Below are positions 30,636 to 39,999 of a stretch of DNA of 64,000 nucleotides, one piece after another. Under the pieces are notes generated by a model. That model saw only the letters and a list, made by a program, of their open reading frames with translations. It made no database searches and was not told the DNA's origin. The translations under genes and the position numbers were made by a program. Positions within the stretch are counted from its first letter, which is position 1. Each line of letters begins with the position of its first letter. Location of the stretch: the IMG/VR virus record IMGVR_UViG_2571042447_000001; one strand, given 5' to 3'. Origin of the DNA: a virus.

Positions 30636-31297
30636 GATTCCGTCTTTCCCAGGTAGTAGGGGTCACCGGTGAGCGGGGTCAACCCGGCCGGGAACTGAGT
30701 CAGGTCGGCACCGCCCTCGTGATGGGAGGCAAGGGCTTTCGCGCAGTCCCATTGGTTGCCGGATGCACCGCTCTCCGATGCAAGGGCGTTGGCAGCGTCT
30801 TCGTCGCCGTCGGCGAGAACTGCTGCGAGGCGGCAGATCATCAGTTCGTAGCCCCACCCGTCGAGGTCAAACCGTTCGCCGCCATTCGTGCGGAACCGTG
30901 ACAGTCGTTCGCGTAGCCAGTCCGGCAACGCTGCTTCCTGTTCGGTCCACGTCTCCCGACAGGACTCGAGAGTCCGGCGCCGTTCGTCCTGGAAACCGGC
31001 AACCATCGTGTTGTGCTCGTCGGCGAGCTGTTGATCGGTCTTACGCATGAGCCAGAAGTCCCCGGCGCGGAGTCCGGTGACGGTGGAGCCGAGTACTGTC
31101 TCCAGCTCGTATGTGTGACCGACCATCGGAATTCCCTCGCAGTCTGCGACTTTGAGTCCGAAGACCATGCTGTCTCCGCCGCAGCGAATCCAGCCAGACT
31201 CCGGATCAATGTCTACTGCGTCGAGGGTTACCGGTTGGAGGTCTCGGAGTTTCGCCGACCAGTCCGCGGCGGTCGACATCGCCATCAGAACGGCCAC
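30632..31297 (-). CDS. Hypothetical protein
   Basis: 221-aa ORF directly downstream of the TROVE gene. Confidence 0.65.
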   Translation of the reverse strand: MAVLMAMSTAADWSAKLRDLQPVTLDAVDIDPESGWIRCGGDSMVFGLKVADCEGIPMVGHTYELETVLGSTVTGLRAGDFWLMRKTDQQLADEHNTMVAGFQDERRRTLESCRETWTEQEAALPDWLRERLSRFRTNGGERFDLDGWGYELMICRLAAVLADGDEDAANALASESGASGNQWDCAKALASHHEGGADLTQFPAGLTPLTGDPYYLGKTES

Positions 31298-32892
31298 GAT
31301 GTGTTGGCGCCACGCTCGAGGAGCGGGATCATCGCGAACATCTGGTCGGTCAGACCACCGAAGGTGTACCGATTACGGGTCCCTGACGAGGCATGACCGT
31401 ATCGGTATCCCGCGAGGTTCGCGGTGAACAGCGGCACAGGCTTCGGGAGCAATGCGCCAACGTCGCCATAGCTTGACTGCTCATCCGTGAGGATGACGAC
31501 GCGGTCGTGCCCGTCGAAGTGCCGTTTGATCGCGCCCGCCGTGTCGGTGCCACCGTTGAGGAAGTAGCCGTCCTTGCGCCAACGCTCGATGCTGCGGAGC
31601 ACCGATTCTCCTGCGCGCTGGGGGAACACCTTCGTCGGCACTCCGTAGTAATTGGACGAGAATGAGACGACGTCGGCGTCTGCCGCGCGGGCAGCGAGAG
31701 AAAGCCCGAAGACCACGGCCGCGTCCCACCGCATGAGGGAACCGTCCTTCGAGAAACCAGAGTTCATCGAACCCGAGGTGTCGACCAGAACCAATGTTCG
31801 GCCGGGAAGCTCAGGGATCGACGAGAGCGACGCGTCGAGGGCCTTCTCGAGCGACCATCCCCATCGCAGAGACGGTGCTGCGTTGTAGGCAGAGAGGAAG
31901 CGCATCGGGAGTTGGCGGGATTTCGCGACCTGCTCGGGGTCGGCGAGGCGCGCGCAGATGCCGGCGGCGACTTCATCGGAGACCCCGGCCTGGTCGAAGT
32001 TGCGGAGGTTCCGCAGCAGCGCCATGTACCCCATCGACGGGATGATCGCTTCCCACATCGCGGCCGTCCACGGTCCGTTGATCAGGGACGGGATCTGCTC
32101 CCAGGTCATTCCTGCAGCGGCGAGCGCGGTGGATGCGTTGTCGGTGATGTCGTTCGGGGTGAAGAGGAGGTCGACGGCCTGCTTCGGGGTCAGCGCCTTC
32201 ATGGCTGCGTTTTCTCGCAGCATGAGTAGCGACTCGGGGATCGTGAGGTCTTCGACGCCGAGTCGGGCGCCGACGAGGTGGGTGAAGAGGTCGCTCTGCC
32301 ATTCGGCTTTGGGGGCGGCGTGAGTCAGACGGATGACGTCGGCGAAGCGGACACTGTGAGATGCGGTGTCGTACTTGATGGCAGACCGCTCGGTGTAGAG
32401 GCGCGTGGCGGCGTCGCCGACACCGCGCTTGACCGGCTGCGGGAGGTTGCGGCCATAGTTCGTGTGCCAGTATGCGAGGAATTCGCCTGGTTCGTCCGCG
32501 CGCTGCAGCACGGAATTGATGATCTGCCTGTTGCCACCGGCCAGGCCGGCTGCGAGGCGGGCGTGGACGACTTCTGCCGCGAGGACGAGGGAGGCTGAAC
32601 GCATGTTCGCGGAGTTGCGGAGCCATCCGGCGAAGCGTGTGAGCCAGAGGTCGGGGTCCGGTTGCGCGGCGAGTGTGCGGATCAGTTCGCCGAAGCGGTT
32701 ATCGCGTGAGGCGGCGGATTCGTAGAACGTCTTCTCACCGACCATGTTGGTCACTGCGAGGAGGAACAGTTCGGACTGGGTGTCACGCGCGTATCCGGCT
32801 GCGCCTTCGTGGGTCCGCCCGGATGGGTGGCGGTCGGTGGTGATCGGATGTCGTCCGGTTGCTCGTGTTCCGGGGGTGTTGAACTTGGTCAT
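31285..32892 (-). CDS. rsr: Ro60/TROVE-domain RNA-binding protein with C-terminal vWA domain
   Basis: SELFLLAV, MRSASLV, RADEPGEFLAYW, MTWE, MGYMALLRNLRN and PMRFLSAY motifs; vWA DTSGSM MIDAS and GGTD, ILTDEQ. Real start is ATG 32892 (GGAGA RBS); the ORF-track extension overlaps the ncRNA array. Confidence 0.92.
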   Translation of the reverse strand: MTKFNTPGTRATGRHPITTDRHPSGRTHEGAAGYARDTQSELFLLAVTNMVGEKTFYESAASRDNRFGELIRTLAAQPDPDLWLTRFAGWLRNSANMRSASLVLAAEVVHARLAAGLAGGNRQIINSVLQRADEPGEFLAYWHTNYGRNLPQPVKRGVGDAATRLYTERSAIKYDTASHSVRFADVIRLTHAAPKAEWQSDLFTHLVGARLGVEDLTIPESLLMLRENAAMKALTPKQAVDLLFTPNDITDNASTALAAAGMTWEQIPSLINGPWTAAMWEAIIPSMGYMALLRNLRNFDQAGVSDEVAAGICARLADPEQVAKSRQLPMRFLSAYNAAPSLRWGWSLEKALDASLSSIPELPGRTLVLVDTSGSMNSGFSKDGSLMRWDAAVVFGLSLAARAADADVVSFSSNYYGVPTKVFPQRAGESVLRSIERWRKDGYFLNGGTDTAGAIKRHFDGHDRVVILTDEQSSYGDVGALLPKPVPLFTANLAGYRYGHASSGTRNRYTFGGLTDQMFAMIPLLERGANTSWPF

Positions 32893-32929
32893 GGTGTTCT
32901 CCGTGTTCAATTCGGAGGAAGCCACCACG

Positions 32930-33073
32930 AGAGTTGATGCCGAGTAATGAGGTTGGGGTGCCGCTGAGGGGTCCGTTACTCTGCCAGTTGAGCTACAGCA
33001 GCCGGGGCTGCTGACGGGATTTGAACCCGCAACACACGAAGTAGCGGTACTCCTTCGCACCGGCATCAACTCT
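32930..33073 (-). ncRNA. Y RNA (YrlA-like) unit A with permuted tRNA-like domain
   Basis: Terminal stem AGAGTTGATGCCG; 5' CCGGUGCGAA...UACUUC; T arm GCGGG-UUCAAAU-CCCGU; closed stem CAGCAGC/GCUGCUG; D arm GCUC...GAGU; 3' CUCGG. Confidence 0.8.
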
Positions 33074-33085
33074 GTGAAGTTGTGG

Positions 33086-33222
33086 CTCCCGAGGATGGGG
33101 TGGGACGCAGGACGTGATGCACTAGGCCGCTTGTGCGTACCAGTCGAATCATGTTCGGCTGGGAGGGATTTGAACCCCCGTCTTCTGATAGAAGAAGTAT
33201 CCGCATCCCTTCGCACCGGGAG
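33086..33222 (-). ncRNA. Y RNA (YrlA-like) unit B with permuted tRNA-like domain
   Basis: Stem CTCCCG/CGGGAG; same 5' and 3' motifs; T arm GGGGG-UUCAAAU-CCCUC; D-like GCAC-AAGCGGCCUA-GUGC. Confidence 0.75.
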
Positions 33223-33236
33223 GTGTGAAGTGTGTG

Positions 33237-33309
33237 GCTCCCGAGGAAATGGGCTCGGTGTCGGCAGATTTCACCCAAAGAAGTAGCCGGACCGATTCGC
33301 ACCGGGAGC
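33237..33309 (-). ncRNA. Short Y RNA unit C (no tRNA-like domain)
   Basis: Stem GCTCCCG/CGGGAGC; CCGGUGCGAA...UACUUC and CUCGG are conserved. Confidence 0.65.
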
Positions 33310-33323
33310 GCGAAAGTTGTTGT

Positions 33324-33468
33324 GAGTTCCGAGTAATGGTTGCGGTGAGGGTGACGTAGGCGCTCTAGCCAACTGAGCTACACCGGATGCAGATCCGGTG
33401 ACGGGATTCGAACCCGCGACATCCCCATTAACAGTGGAAGTAACCCTCGGTGCTTCGCACCGGAACTC
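33324..33468 (-). ncRNA. Y RNA (YrlA-like) unit D with permuted tRNA-Asn-like domain
   Basis: Stem GAGTTCCG/CGGAACTC; CUGUUAA...GUCGCGGG-UUCGAAU-CCCGU; closed stem CACCGGA/UCCGGUG; UAGCUCAGUUGGCUAGAGC. Confidence 0.8.
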
Positions 33469-33492
33469 TATTGAGTTGTAAGAAAAGTTGTG

Positions 33493-33564
33493 ACACCGAG
33501 TAAAAATGCCGGGCGACAGTGTATTTCGAAGAGGAAGTAACTGCCTGTGGGCTCGCACCGGTGT
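33493..33564 (-). ncRNA. Short Y RNA unit E (no tRNA-like domain)
   Basis: Stem ACACCG/CGGTGT; CCGGUGCGAG...UUACUUC and CUCGG. Confidence 0.6.
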
Positions 33565-33600
33565 GGTGACGTGATCGAGACTAACCGATGAATGTCTCGA

Positions 33601-33621
33601 TGTCTAGCGTCGCACTAGATA
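33601..33621. promoter_or_regulatory. Palindromic site TGTCTAG-N7-CTAGATA upstream of the Y RNA array
   Basis: One of six or seven copies of TRTCTAN-N7-NTAGAYA in the window. Confidence 0.55.
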
Positions 33622-33629
33622 CCCAACAC

Positions 33630-34295
33630 TTAGCGGATGATTGTGGCTACACCTGGGTCGATTCCGTCCAGCGGGTCGCAACCCAACGTGCGGGCAAGCC
33701 ACATCAGGCGGTCCAAACCCCACTCGTGCCCGCAAGCGACGCATGAAGCACCTGAACGCGATACCTGCAGGACCGGTACCCGAACGTGCTCACCGTCCGA
33801 ATCGGTCCTCGTGACATGCGTTTCACCGCAGGCCGGGCACGCCGCCGCCAACGTGAAGCGGTTGCGCCCCGCGATCAGTTCTTCCGCACTCTCGACCCAT
33901 GTACGGATCTCCATCGCCGCAGCCTGCAACCACACCGCATCCTGCGGGCGCCATGACCAGTCCGCCAGATAGGCGAGCCGCGTCGCGGTGCCGCCGTCCG
34001 AGCCCGGCGCCCACGCTGTGACAGTGTTGTCCACCAGGACAATCCAGTCCAAGCCGTCGACCCAGACTGGTGGGAGTGAGCGGGCCACTCCCCCGTGAGC
34101 TGTGCCCTGCTGTCCTGCAAGGTTTTCGGTCATTTCTGCGTACAGGGAACCCGATGTGCAGACGATCCGGTTTCCGTTGTCGTCGTTTTTGATGTCGATG
34201 CGGGGTCCGGTGAGTAGTTGCACTGCGTCGTCGAATGCGCGCCTGGCGGCGTGCAGGCTTTCGTCGTCAGTGCGGTGGTTCGGTGTGGTCGCCAT
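33630..34295 (-). CDS. Conserved actinophage hypothetical protein with C-terminal CxxC...CxxC
   Basis: CPACG...CVACGHEW; family often found at the early/late boundary. Confidence 0.7.
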   Translation of the reverse strand: MATTPNHRTDDESLHAARRAFDDAVQLLTGPRIDIKNDDNGNRIVCTSGSLYAEMTENLAGQQGTAHGGVARSLPPVWVDGLDWIVLVDNTVTAWAPGSDGGTATRLAYLADWSWRPQDAVWLQAAAMEIRTWVESAEELIAGRNRFTLAAACPACGETHVTRTDSDGEHVRVPVLQVSRSGASCVACGHEWGLDRLMWLARTLGCDPLDGIDPGVATIIR

Positions 34296-34547
34296 GGTCA
34301 AGAGAGCTCCCTTGGTCGTGCGGTTGCTGCGCGGCAGTGATGTGTTTCAGGAGGGCAAGGGTCGCTCCGATGTTCAGGTCGGGGCATTGTCGGTTCTGGT
34401 GTGCGAGTCGGACGCAGACGAGAACTTCACCGCGGGGACTTCGGACGCATTCGTCGGGGTGCAGGATGAGCGGTCGAGTCGCGGTGGCGGTGGTGATCAG
34501 GCCACCGACGCCGTAGGGCTGTTCGGTCATGGTGGGTGTGCGAGGTG

Positions 34548-34781
34548 TCAGACGCGTGGTGGCCAGTTCCAGTGTCCTGGTTTGGGTTCGGGTGAGAATG
34601 GGACCGAGGGGTTGAAGAACTGTCCGGTGGGGTTGAAGATGACGAGGGAGAGGGTGCCGTTGTAGTCGTCGGGTACTGCGGTGACGATCGCGGCGCGGGG
34701 TTCGGGGAGGTACTCGCCGTTCGGGGTGCCGTACGACTGGTAGTGGACGTTTCGTCCGACTGTGGGTAGCTGCTCGGACAT
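34548..34781 (-). CDS. Small phage hypothetical protein
   Basis: PTVGRNVHY...RAAIVT...HWNWPPRV pattern common in phages. Confidence 0.7.
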   Translation of the reverse strand: MSEQLPTVGRNVHYQSYGTPNGEYLPEPRAAIVTAVPDDYNGTLSLVIFNPTGQFFNPSVPFSPEPKPGHWNWPPRV

Positions 34782-34782
34782 T

Positions 34783-35148
34783 TCAGTTCTCCTCGATGTA
34801 GGGCGCGAGCGCGTTGACGATGGCACCGAACAGTGCGTCCTTGGCCTTCTGCTCCGGCGGTAGGTCGGCGTACGGCACGAGGCACGGATGCGTCTTGGCA
34901 TCAGCATCTTTCACCGGCCCGTACACCCAACCGTCAGCGCGCTTGAAGGCTGACCAGTTCTCATGGGACGCCTCGGGAGCATTGCCTCCGAGAACACCCG
35001 CGACGCCGTCGATCACGCTTGCGGAGGTGTGCTCGTCCAGTTCATCCCACGGCAGCGACACGGCGATGCCGGGATCCTGCTGGATCTGTTGGATAGCGCG
35101 GTTCGCTTCGTGTGCAATGCGGGCGACATCTTCGATATGGAAGGTCAT
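34783..35148 (-). CDS. RyR-domain (ryanodine receptor repeat) protein
   Basis: ASHENW...ADGWVYGPVKDADAKTHPCLVPYADLPPEQKAKD signature. Confidence 0.85.
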   Translation of the reverse strand: MTFHIEDVARIAHEANRAIQQIQQDPGIAVSLPWDELDEHTSASVIDGVAGVLGGNAPEASHENWSAFKRADGWVYGPVKDADAKTHPCLVPYADLPPEQKAKDALFGAIVNALAPYIEEN

Positions 35149-35927
35149 GTGTTCACCGTTTCTGTGAGGAGTTGCGCGAGTCGTTCGGTGTAAGTCGGTC
35201 CCCCGACGTACATCTGGGTCTTGTCGTAGGCGGTGTGCTGTCCGCCGGCAGGGTTGAGGATCGAGACGGGCAGGTACCCGGCGAGTTCGAGACCAGCACG
35301 GCGGACGCGGTCACGCTGATACGGTGCATCCCACCAACGCTTGGCGAGCCAGAGGTTCTGCCACGATCGCTCTTTCAACAGCCGTTGAATGTCGAACGCC
35401 CACGCCGAGAAGTCCGGCCCCATCATGCGGGTCAGGTCGGCGACATCGCGTATGAGGGAGTCCGGGTCCGCGTTGGTGATCATGTCGTCGGGGTTCGCGA
35501 AGTCGTACACCTTGTGTGCCACTGCGCCGTAAGAGCCGTGTTGTCCCGCGACGCCCCAACCTGTGAACTCTCCAGTCTCGTGGCGCATGGGGTTCGCGAC
35601 GAGGCCAGCTGCGAGCAGTCTGTCGCGGCCGTCCAGGAGGCCGCTGCCGAGGTCCTGAGCCACGCGGCCGGCGATGTCCGCGCCTTGGCTGTATCCGATG
35701 ATCGCGAATGGCTCTGTGGTGCTGAGGATTCGTTCCCGGAGTCGCGATTCGGCGTGATGGACGGAATTTGCGTAGGAGAATCCGATGCCGTAGGCCGCGG
35801 GGTAGTCGACCCAGTGGATCGTGAATCGGGTTCCGACGCGGCGTGTGGTGTCGGTCAAGAGTCCGTGTGGCAGCCGTGCGGTGGGTTTTTCGCCGGTGCC
35901 GCCGACGACGTAGAGGGTCGCAGTCAT
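35145..35927 (-). CDS. Serine alpha/beta hydrolase (LysB/PE-PPE/cutinase-like)
   Basis: YPAAYG, IIGYSQGA (GxSxG), LVANPMR, D...D and GGQHTAY catalytic pattern. Confidence 0.8.
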   Translation of the reverse strand: MTATLYVVGGTGEKPTARLPHGLLTDTTRRVGTRFTIHWVDYPAAYGIGFSYANSVHHAESRLRERILSTTEPFAIIGYSQGADIAGRVAQDLGSGLLDGRDRLLAAGLVANPMRHETGEFTGWGVAGQHGSYGAVAHKVYDFANPDDMITNADPDSLIRDVADLTRMMGPDFSAWAFDIQRLLKERSWQNLWLAKRWWDAPYQRDRVRRAGLELAGYLPVSILNPAGGQHTAYDKTQMYVGGPTYTERLAQLLTETVNT

Positions 35928-36133
35928 CGACCGGACTTTTTGAAGAACTGGTCGCCGATCATGCTGCCGACACGTTCGAGGGTGTCACTGACCAGGTCGT
36001 TGACGCCGGTGGTGACGTTGATGGTGTTGTCGACCTTTGGTGGCGATTGGAGTGCGTCTGCGATCCGTTCGAGCTGGTCGGCGATCTTCTGCATTACTTC
36101 GAGGTTCGCGGTGACCATCTGTTCGTAGTTCAT
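35924..36133 (-). CDS. Hypothetical protein
   Basis: Coupled short ORF. Confidence 0.5.
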   Translation of the reverse strand: MNYEQMVTANLEVMQKIADQLERIADALQSPPKVDNTINVTTGVNDLVSDTLERVGSMIGDQFFKKSGR

Positions 36134-36381
36134 CGGTCGTCTCCGATCAGATATTGGATTTGGAGGGCTGGGGTCGAGTCCGGGTCGATCGACAGTGCAG
36201 CGATGTCCGTTTCTCCTCCGAGGGCTTTCACGATGGCGTCGAGAATGCTGATGGCGTGCTCGGCGGTGATGATCGGACGCCTTCCGGCAGGAATCGTGAC
36301 GGCGTCTTGGATGATGCGGCCACGCCAGTAGTTGGTGGTGATCGCTGCGATCTTGTTTCGGCGTTCGGGTGAGTCGTTCAT
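36130..36381 (-). CDS. Hypothetical protein
   Basis: Coupled short ORF. Confidence 0.5.
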   Translation of the reverse strand: MNDSPERRNKIAAITTNYWRGRIIQDAVTIPAGRRPIITAEHAISILDAIVKALGGETDIAALSIDPDSTPALQIQYLIGDDR

Positions 36382-36811
36382 GCGCTTCGGCTCTCGTGGG
36401 TGGTGTCTTGCCGGTAGGTCACGTGCACGCCGGTCGGTTCGTCTGAACTGGCAAGGCGTTTGGTGACTTTGAGGTCGGTGACTTGGTTGTCGTCCTTGTA
36501 GATCACGCCGGAGAGGGAGTCGAGGACGGCGCGTGTCAGTTTGTCGATGTCGGGGCGTTTGACGGCGGGGAGAGGTTTCCCGATGGCGTACTTCGGGCGG
36601 GGCATTACGAACTCGAGGTGGATGGCCGCGGCTTGCGTGGGGAATAGGGCTGCGTCGCGTGTGACGTTGACGGCTGCGGTTTCACGTACGGTGCGGCGCC
36701 ACTTCGGGAGGGCTTTGGATGATTCGGCAAGTACCGGTTTGCCGCCACGGAAACCTTTGAAGGACTTCGACCTTGGGGTGCGGGGATTCCGGGGACGAAG
36801 AACGTGGTCAT
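36378..36811 (-). CDS. rusA: RusA-like Holliday junction resolvase (apparent frameshift near 36771)
   Basis: FFVPGIPAPQG-SK... and KRPDIDKLTRAVLDSLSGVIYKDDNQV signature. Confidence 0.85.
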
Positions 36812-36927
36812 GCCTCGCGACCTTTCGTGCGTGAGCGGTGGGCTACCTCCCACCTCGCTGTCTACTATCGCACTAGATAGTAGATAGCCTGGAGTCGAGG
36901 ATAGCCCACCGTGTCACGAGTGGACGG

Positions 36928-37850
36928 CTACTTCCGCCTCCGCGCCTTAGCGCGTGCTTCTCTTTCGCGTCCCATGCGCCTGAAGCGTTCAGCGTTGGCT
37001 GCGTACTCTTCAGCCAGCCGCGCGGCGCGCGCTTCGGCCTCAGTCGAGGACCGGACGGCACTCATGTACGCCTTCGCGAGTGCGCTCGAAGCATCGCCGC
37101 GGTCGCGCGGTCGCTCCTCCCAGATCGTCCAGCCGATCCCGTCGACAATTCCGCCCGCGATTGCGACGACCTTGTATCCCTCGGCCGGCGTAGGTCGCCG
37201 CCCATTGGGGAGGTACCAGCGGCGGGGTCCTCCGGGGTATGCGGTGTACGCGCGCGGTGAAATTCGTGCGGCGTTCGAGATTGCATCGTCGCCCGTCGGC
37301 ATCAATTCGGTTGCCGACGGCAGCGGGTCTGTGCGGACCGGTTCAACCCTCCCCCACGCCGTGACGGTGATGTGCTCACTGTCGGCGTCACTTCGCCGGT
37401 CTGGCGCGGATTGCAGAGCCGGTGCCTTGTCTTCGGGCTTCTCCGGCTCGAGTAGTTCCCGCCGCAGCGAGGCAAGGTTGCAGAGGAACTGCTCAGGTGC
37501 AGACAGTTCGCGGTTGACGCGCGCGATCAGCTCCGGCGTGGGGTTCTCCGCGTCGAAGAGAGCTTGGACGAGCGCGGTGCGGGCTTCGGTTTTCGCATCC
37601 GACATCGAGTCGCCAACCAGATACTGGGAGTGCTCGCGGTCGGCCCGGGCGGACAGTTCTGCTCTCCGATCGGATTCCAGTTGACGCGCCTCGTGGGCGC
37701 GCCGGTGGGTGAGCATGCGCGAGTGAGTGACGTTCCCGGCGGCGACTGCGAGCAGAATCGCTGGCAGTAGCGCGTTCCCCGCGACGATGAGCATGACTGC
37801 CAGGGTCGACAGTGCGATGCTCAGACCGAGGGCGTAACGGTTCACGGGGA
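36928..37850 (-). CDS. Hypothetical membrane-anchored protein; start approximate
   Basis: N-terminal hydrophobic hairpin (ALGLSIALSTLAVMLIVAGNALLPAILLAVA). Confidence 0.5.
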
Positions 37851-38033
37851 GTGCTCCTTTCCGCATTCGGTGCAGGTCAACGGCAGGAGGTAGCCGGTGA
37901 CCTCCCTGCCTGTGAGGACGACGGAAGCGTTGAACCATTCACTGCCACAATCGCACTGGTAGTTCGCGGGTGTGAGGCGGTGGCCGGTCAACTGGATGAC
38001 GTTGCTGTAGTCGTTTGGGATGTCATCGGCCAT
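37842..38033 (-). CDS. Small Zn-ribbon protein
   Basis: CDCGSEW...CTECG. Confidence 0.6.
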   Translation of the reverse strand: MADDIPNDYSNVIQLTGHRLTPANYQCDCGSEWFNASVVLTGREVTGYLLPLTCTECGKEHSP

Positions 38034-38592
38034 GGCGTACCCGCCGGTTGTGTCGGCGCGTGATCGGCGCTGCCCACATCGGCGGTGTGGGCGATGGACG
38101 TGGAAGCGCCCTCTCCTGCGGTGTTCGGGGGTCCGGCTCCGGCTCCGGCTCCGGCGCGAATGTCGTCGGAATTTGCTGAAACAGACCTGTGGCCGGCCGC
38201 TGCTGAAGCAGGCCGATGCCGAGATCGACCTCCAGCCCTAGGAGCGCGTCCCGAAGTATCTCCCCCAGGAGTTCCGTCACCGACACCGGAGGGACGAGCA
38301 GGTCGATCAAGTTGATTGCATGTGTTCTCGGAACGATGGACCGGGTTGGTCCGATGAAACCGGAACCGGGACAGAGAACTTCACTGTCATCGTCTGCGTA
38401 GCGATAGTCCTCGTCGTAGGCGACCTGCGCAGCCATCCTTTCCATGCGCGCCGTGATCTTCAGTCCATGCCATTCTCGGCCGCAGTGCCAGCACCGTTCT
38501 TGGTTGACGTTGTGGTCGTATCCGGACCTGCTGTCGTAGGCGCTGAGTTGTTCGTCGACGAGTGCATCGATTTCGTCGATGATGTCGCTCAT
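38023..38592 (-). CDS. Hypothetical protein
   Basis: MSDIIDEIDALVDEQL...CWHCGREWHG; coupled start. Confidence 0.55.
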   Translation of the reverse strand: MSDIIDEIDALVDEQLSAYDSRSGYDHNVNQERCWHCGREWHGLKITARMERMAAQVAYDEDYRYADDDSEVLCPGSGFIGPTRSIVPRTHAINLIDLLVPPVSVTELLGEILRDALLGLEVDLGIGLLQQRPATGLFQQIPTTFAPEPEPEPDPRTPQERALPRPSPTPPMWAAPITRRHNRRVRHGR

Positions 38593-39368
38593 TTCGTGTC
38601 CCACCATTCTCGGTAGGTCGATACGAGCCACGAGTCGATCTGTGCGCGGTCTGGCTGCTTCGGGTAGTCGGCGGTTCGCGATAGTTGCATCAACTGCGAT
38701 TCGAGTTCCGCTGCCCGGTCGAGCGCTTCGAACTGTGTGTGTCCACCGTTGCGGAGTTCGGTCAACCATGCGCGGTCGCCAGCGGGCATCGGTAGCGTGA
38801 TTTTGCCTTCGGTCAACAGTTGCACGCCCTGAATGCCAAGCCTGACCATGTGATACGCGAATTTGGTGTCGAATCCGTAGACGTCGATCAGTTCGGGTCG
38901 GTTCGTGTGCTTCTTGCCTCGGAGGCCGAGCATCTGTTCACGCTGCGACTTCAGATATCCGGCGAAGCGGAAGGCTGACTGCCGTGAGACGAACCGTTCG
39001 GGGTGCGCCTGCAAGTCCTCGCCGACGTACGTGTTCAGGACCAGTTCGTGCGGTGGGATGAACATGAGCAGTAGCACGGTCGGATTCCCCGCCTCGGCTA
39101 GTCGCGCCCACTTGCGAAGTGAGTACACGACCAAGTCGAGATCACCGGCACCTGATCGGACACCCTCGGGCTGGGTTCGGTACTGGTATTGCTCGAACTT
39201 GCTGACGCCGATGACGAACTCGGGCGGTTCGATGCAAACACCCATCTCGTCTCTGTCGTCGTTGCCGGTCGTGACGCCGTGGAGTCCTGACCCGACTTGG
39301 CCTCGCAGGACTGTGTTGGAATCGGCGATCGCCTTGAATTTCGGTTCACTGTGAGCGATTTCAGCCAT
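38589..39368 (-). CDS. Pol-beta-superfamily nucleotidyltransferase (RlaP/Nuc-transf-like)
   Basis: VGSGLHG...DDRDEMGV, DLDLVVYSLRKW, GNPTVL and DTKFAYHMVRL motifs. Confidence 0.85.
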   Translation of the reverse strand: MAEIAHSEPKFKAIADSNTVLRGQVGSGLHGVTTGNDDRDEMGVCIEPPEFVIGVSKFEQYQYRTQPEGVRSGAGDLDLVVYSLRKWARLAEAGNPTVLLLMFIPPHELVLNTYVGEDLQAHPERFVSRQSAFRFAGYLKSQREQMLGLRGKKHTNRPELIDVYGFDTKFAYHMVRLGIQGVQLLTEGKITLPMPAGDRAWLTELRNGGHTQFEALDRAAELESQLMQLSRTADYPKQPDRAQIDSWLVSTYREWWDTK

Positions 39369-39369
39369 T

Positions 39370-39999
39370 TCACACGCACCCGACCTGTCGGATGGCGTCG
39401 TAGCAGGCTTTGAGATGCCTGGCGTCGGCGAGCGCGTTATGCGCTCCGCTTTCCTGCACCGGCAACGCCAACGACTGCGTGGAACGTGCGACGACGTGTC
39501 CGACGAGCTGCTGTAAATCGTTCGTGAACATCGGAATTCCGTGCGGGAGCGCGATCATCGGACCGAAAAGCTGCGCCAGCGCGACGTGGTCGTAGGCGGC
39601 GTAGTCTGCCCAGAGTTCGACGTCGGCACGTACCTCGTCCCCTGAGGGTTGAAGGATAAAATCCCGCACTTCGTCCGCGATGACCGTCTTGTGTTTGACT
39701 TCCGGCGCTTCGGTGTCGATCGCTCCGAGTCGGTAGTACAGATCCGTTGCCAGTGGCGCTTGCGCTGGTGGCCTGAATTGCCTGGCACCGAGGATGAGTT
39801 CCTCGTGCTGTGTCAGGGCACGGGTGGGTAGCGACGGCCAAACGTTGTCCCGGAGCCACGTCGATTGCAGTATCCGATCTTGCGATACGTCTTGATTGAC
39901 TGCGTAGTACTCGCGGCCGTCGTCGGCGACGATGCCGATCGAGATCAGTTCGATGATGTGGCCGTCGTCGATGAATTCGGTGTCGTAGAAGTACTTCAC
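39370..39999 (-). CDS. 3'-5' exoribonuclease, DEDDh DUF5051/Rv2179c-like
   Basis: MKYFYDTEF...LISIGIV..DGREYYAV, LWADYAAYD and HNALADARH motifs. Confidence 0.88.
   Translation of the reverse strand: MKYFYDTEFIDDGHIIELISIGIVADDGREYYAVNQDVSQDRILQSTWLRDNVWPSLPTRALTQHEELILGARQFRPPAQAPLATDLYYRLGAIDTEAPEVKHKTVIADEVRDFILQPSGDEVRADVELWADYAAYDHVALAQLFGPMIALPHGIPMFTNDLQQLVGHVVARSTQSLALPVQESGAHNALADARHLKACYDAIRQVGCV

Noticed and set aside
32893-33216. 108-aa N-terminal extension of the TROVE ORF in the ORF track
   Set aside because: It overlaps Y-RNA units A and B, has no protein-like character, and a good RBS and start exist at 32892.
32930-33564. CRISPR array or canonical tRNA cluster
   Set aside because: The repeats are short motifs within self-folding units of unequal length, no cas genes are present, and the tRNA arms are in permuted order without a free acceptor end.
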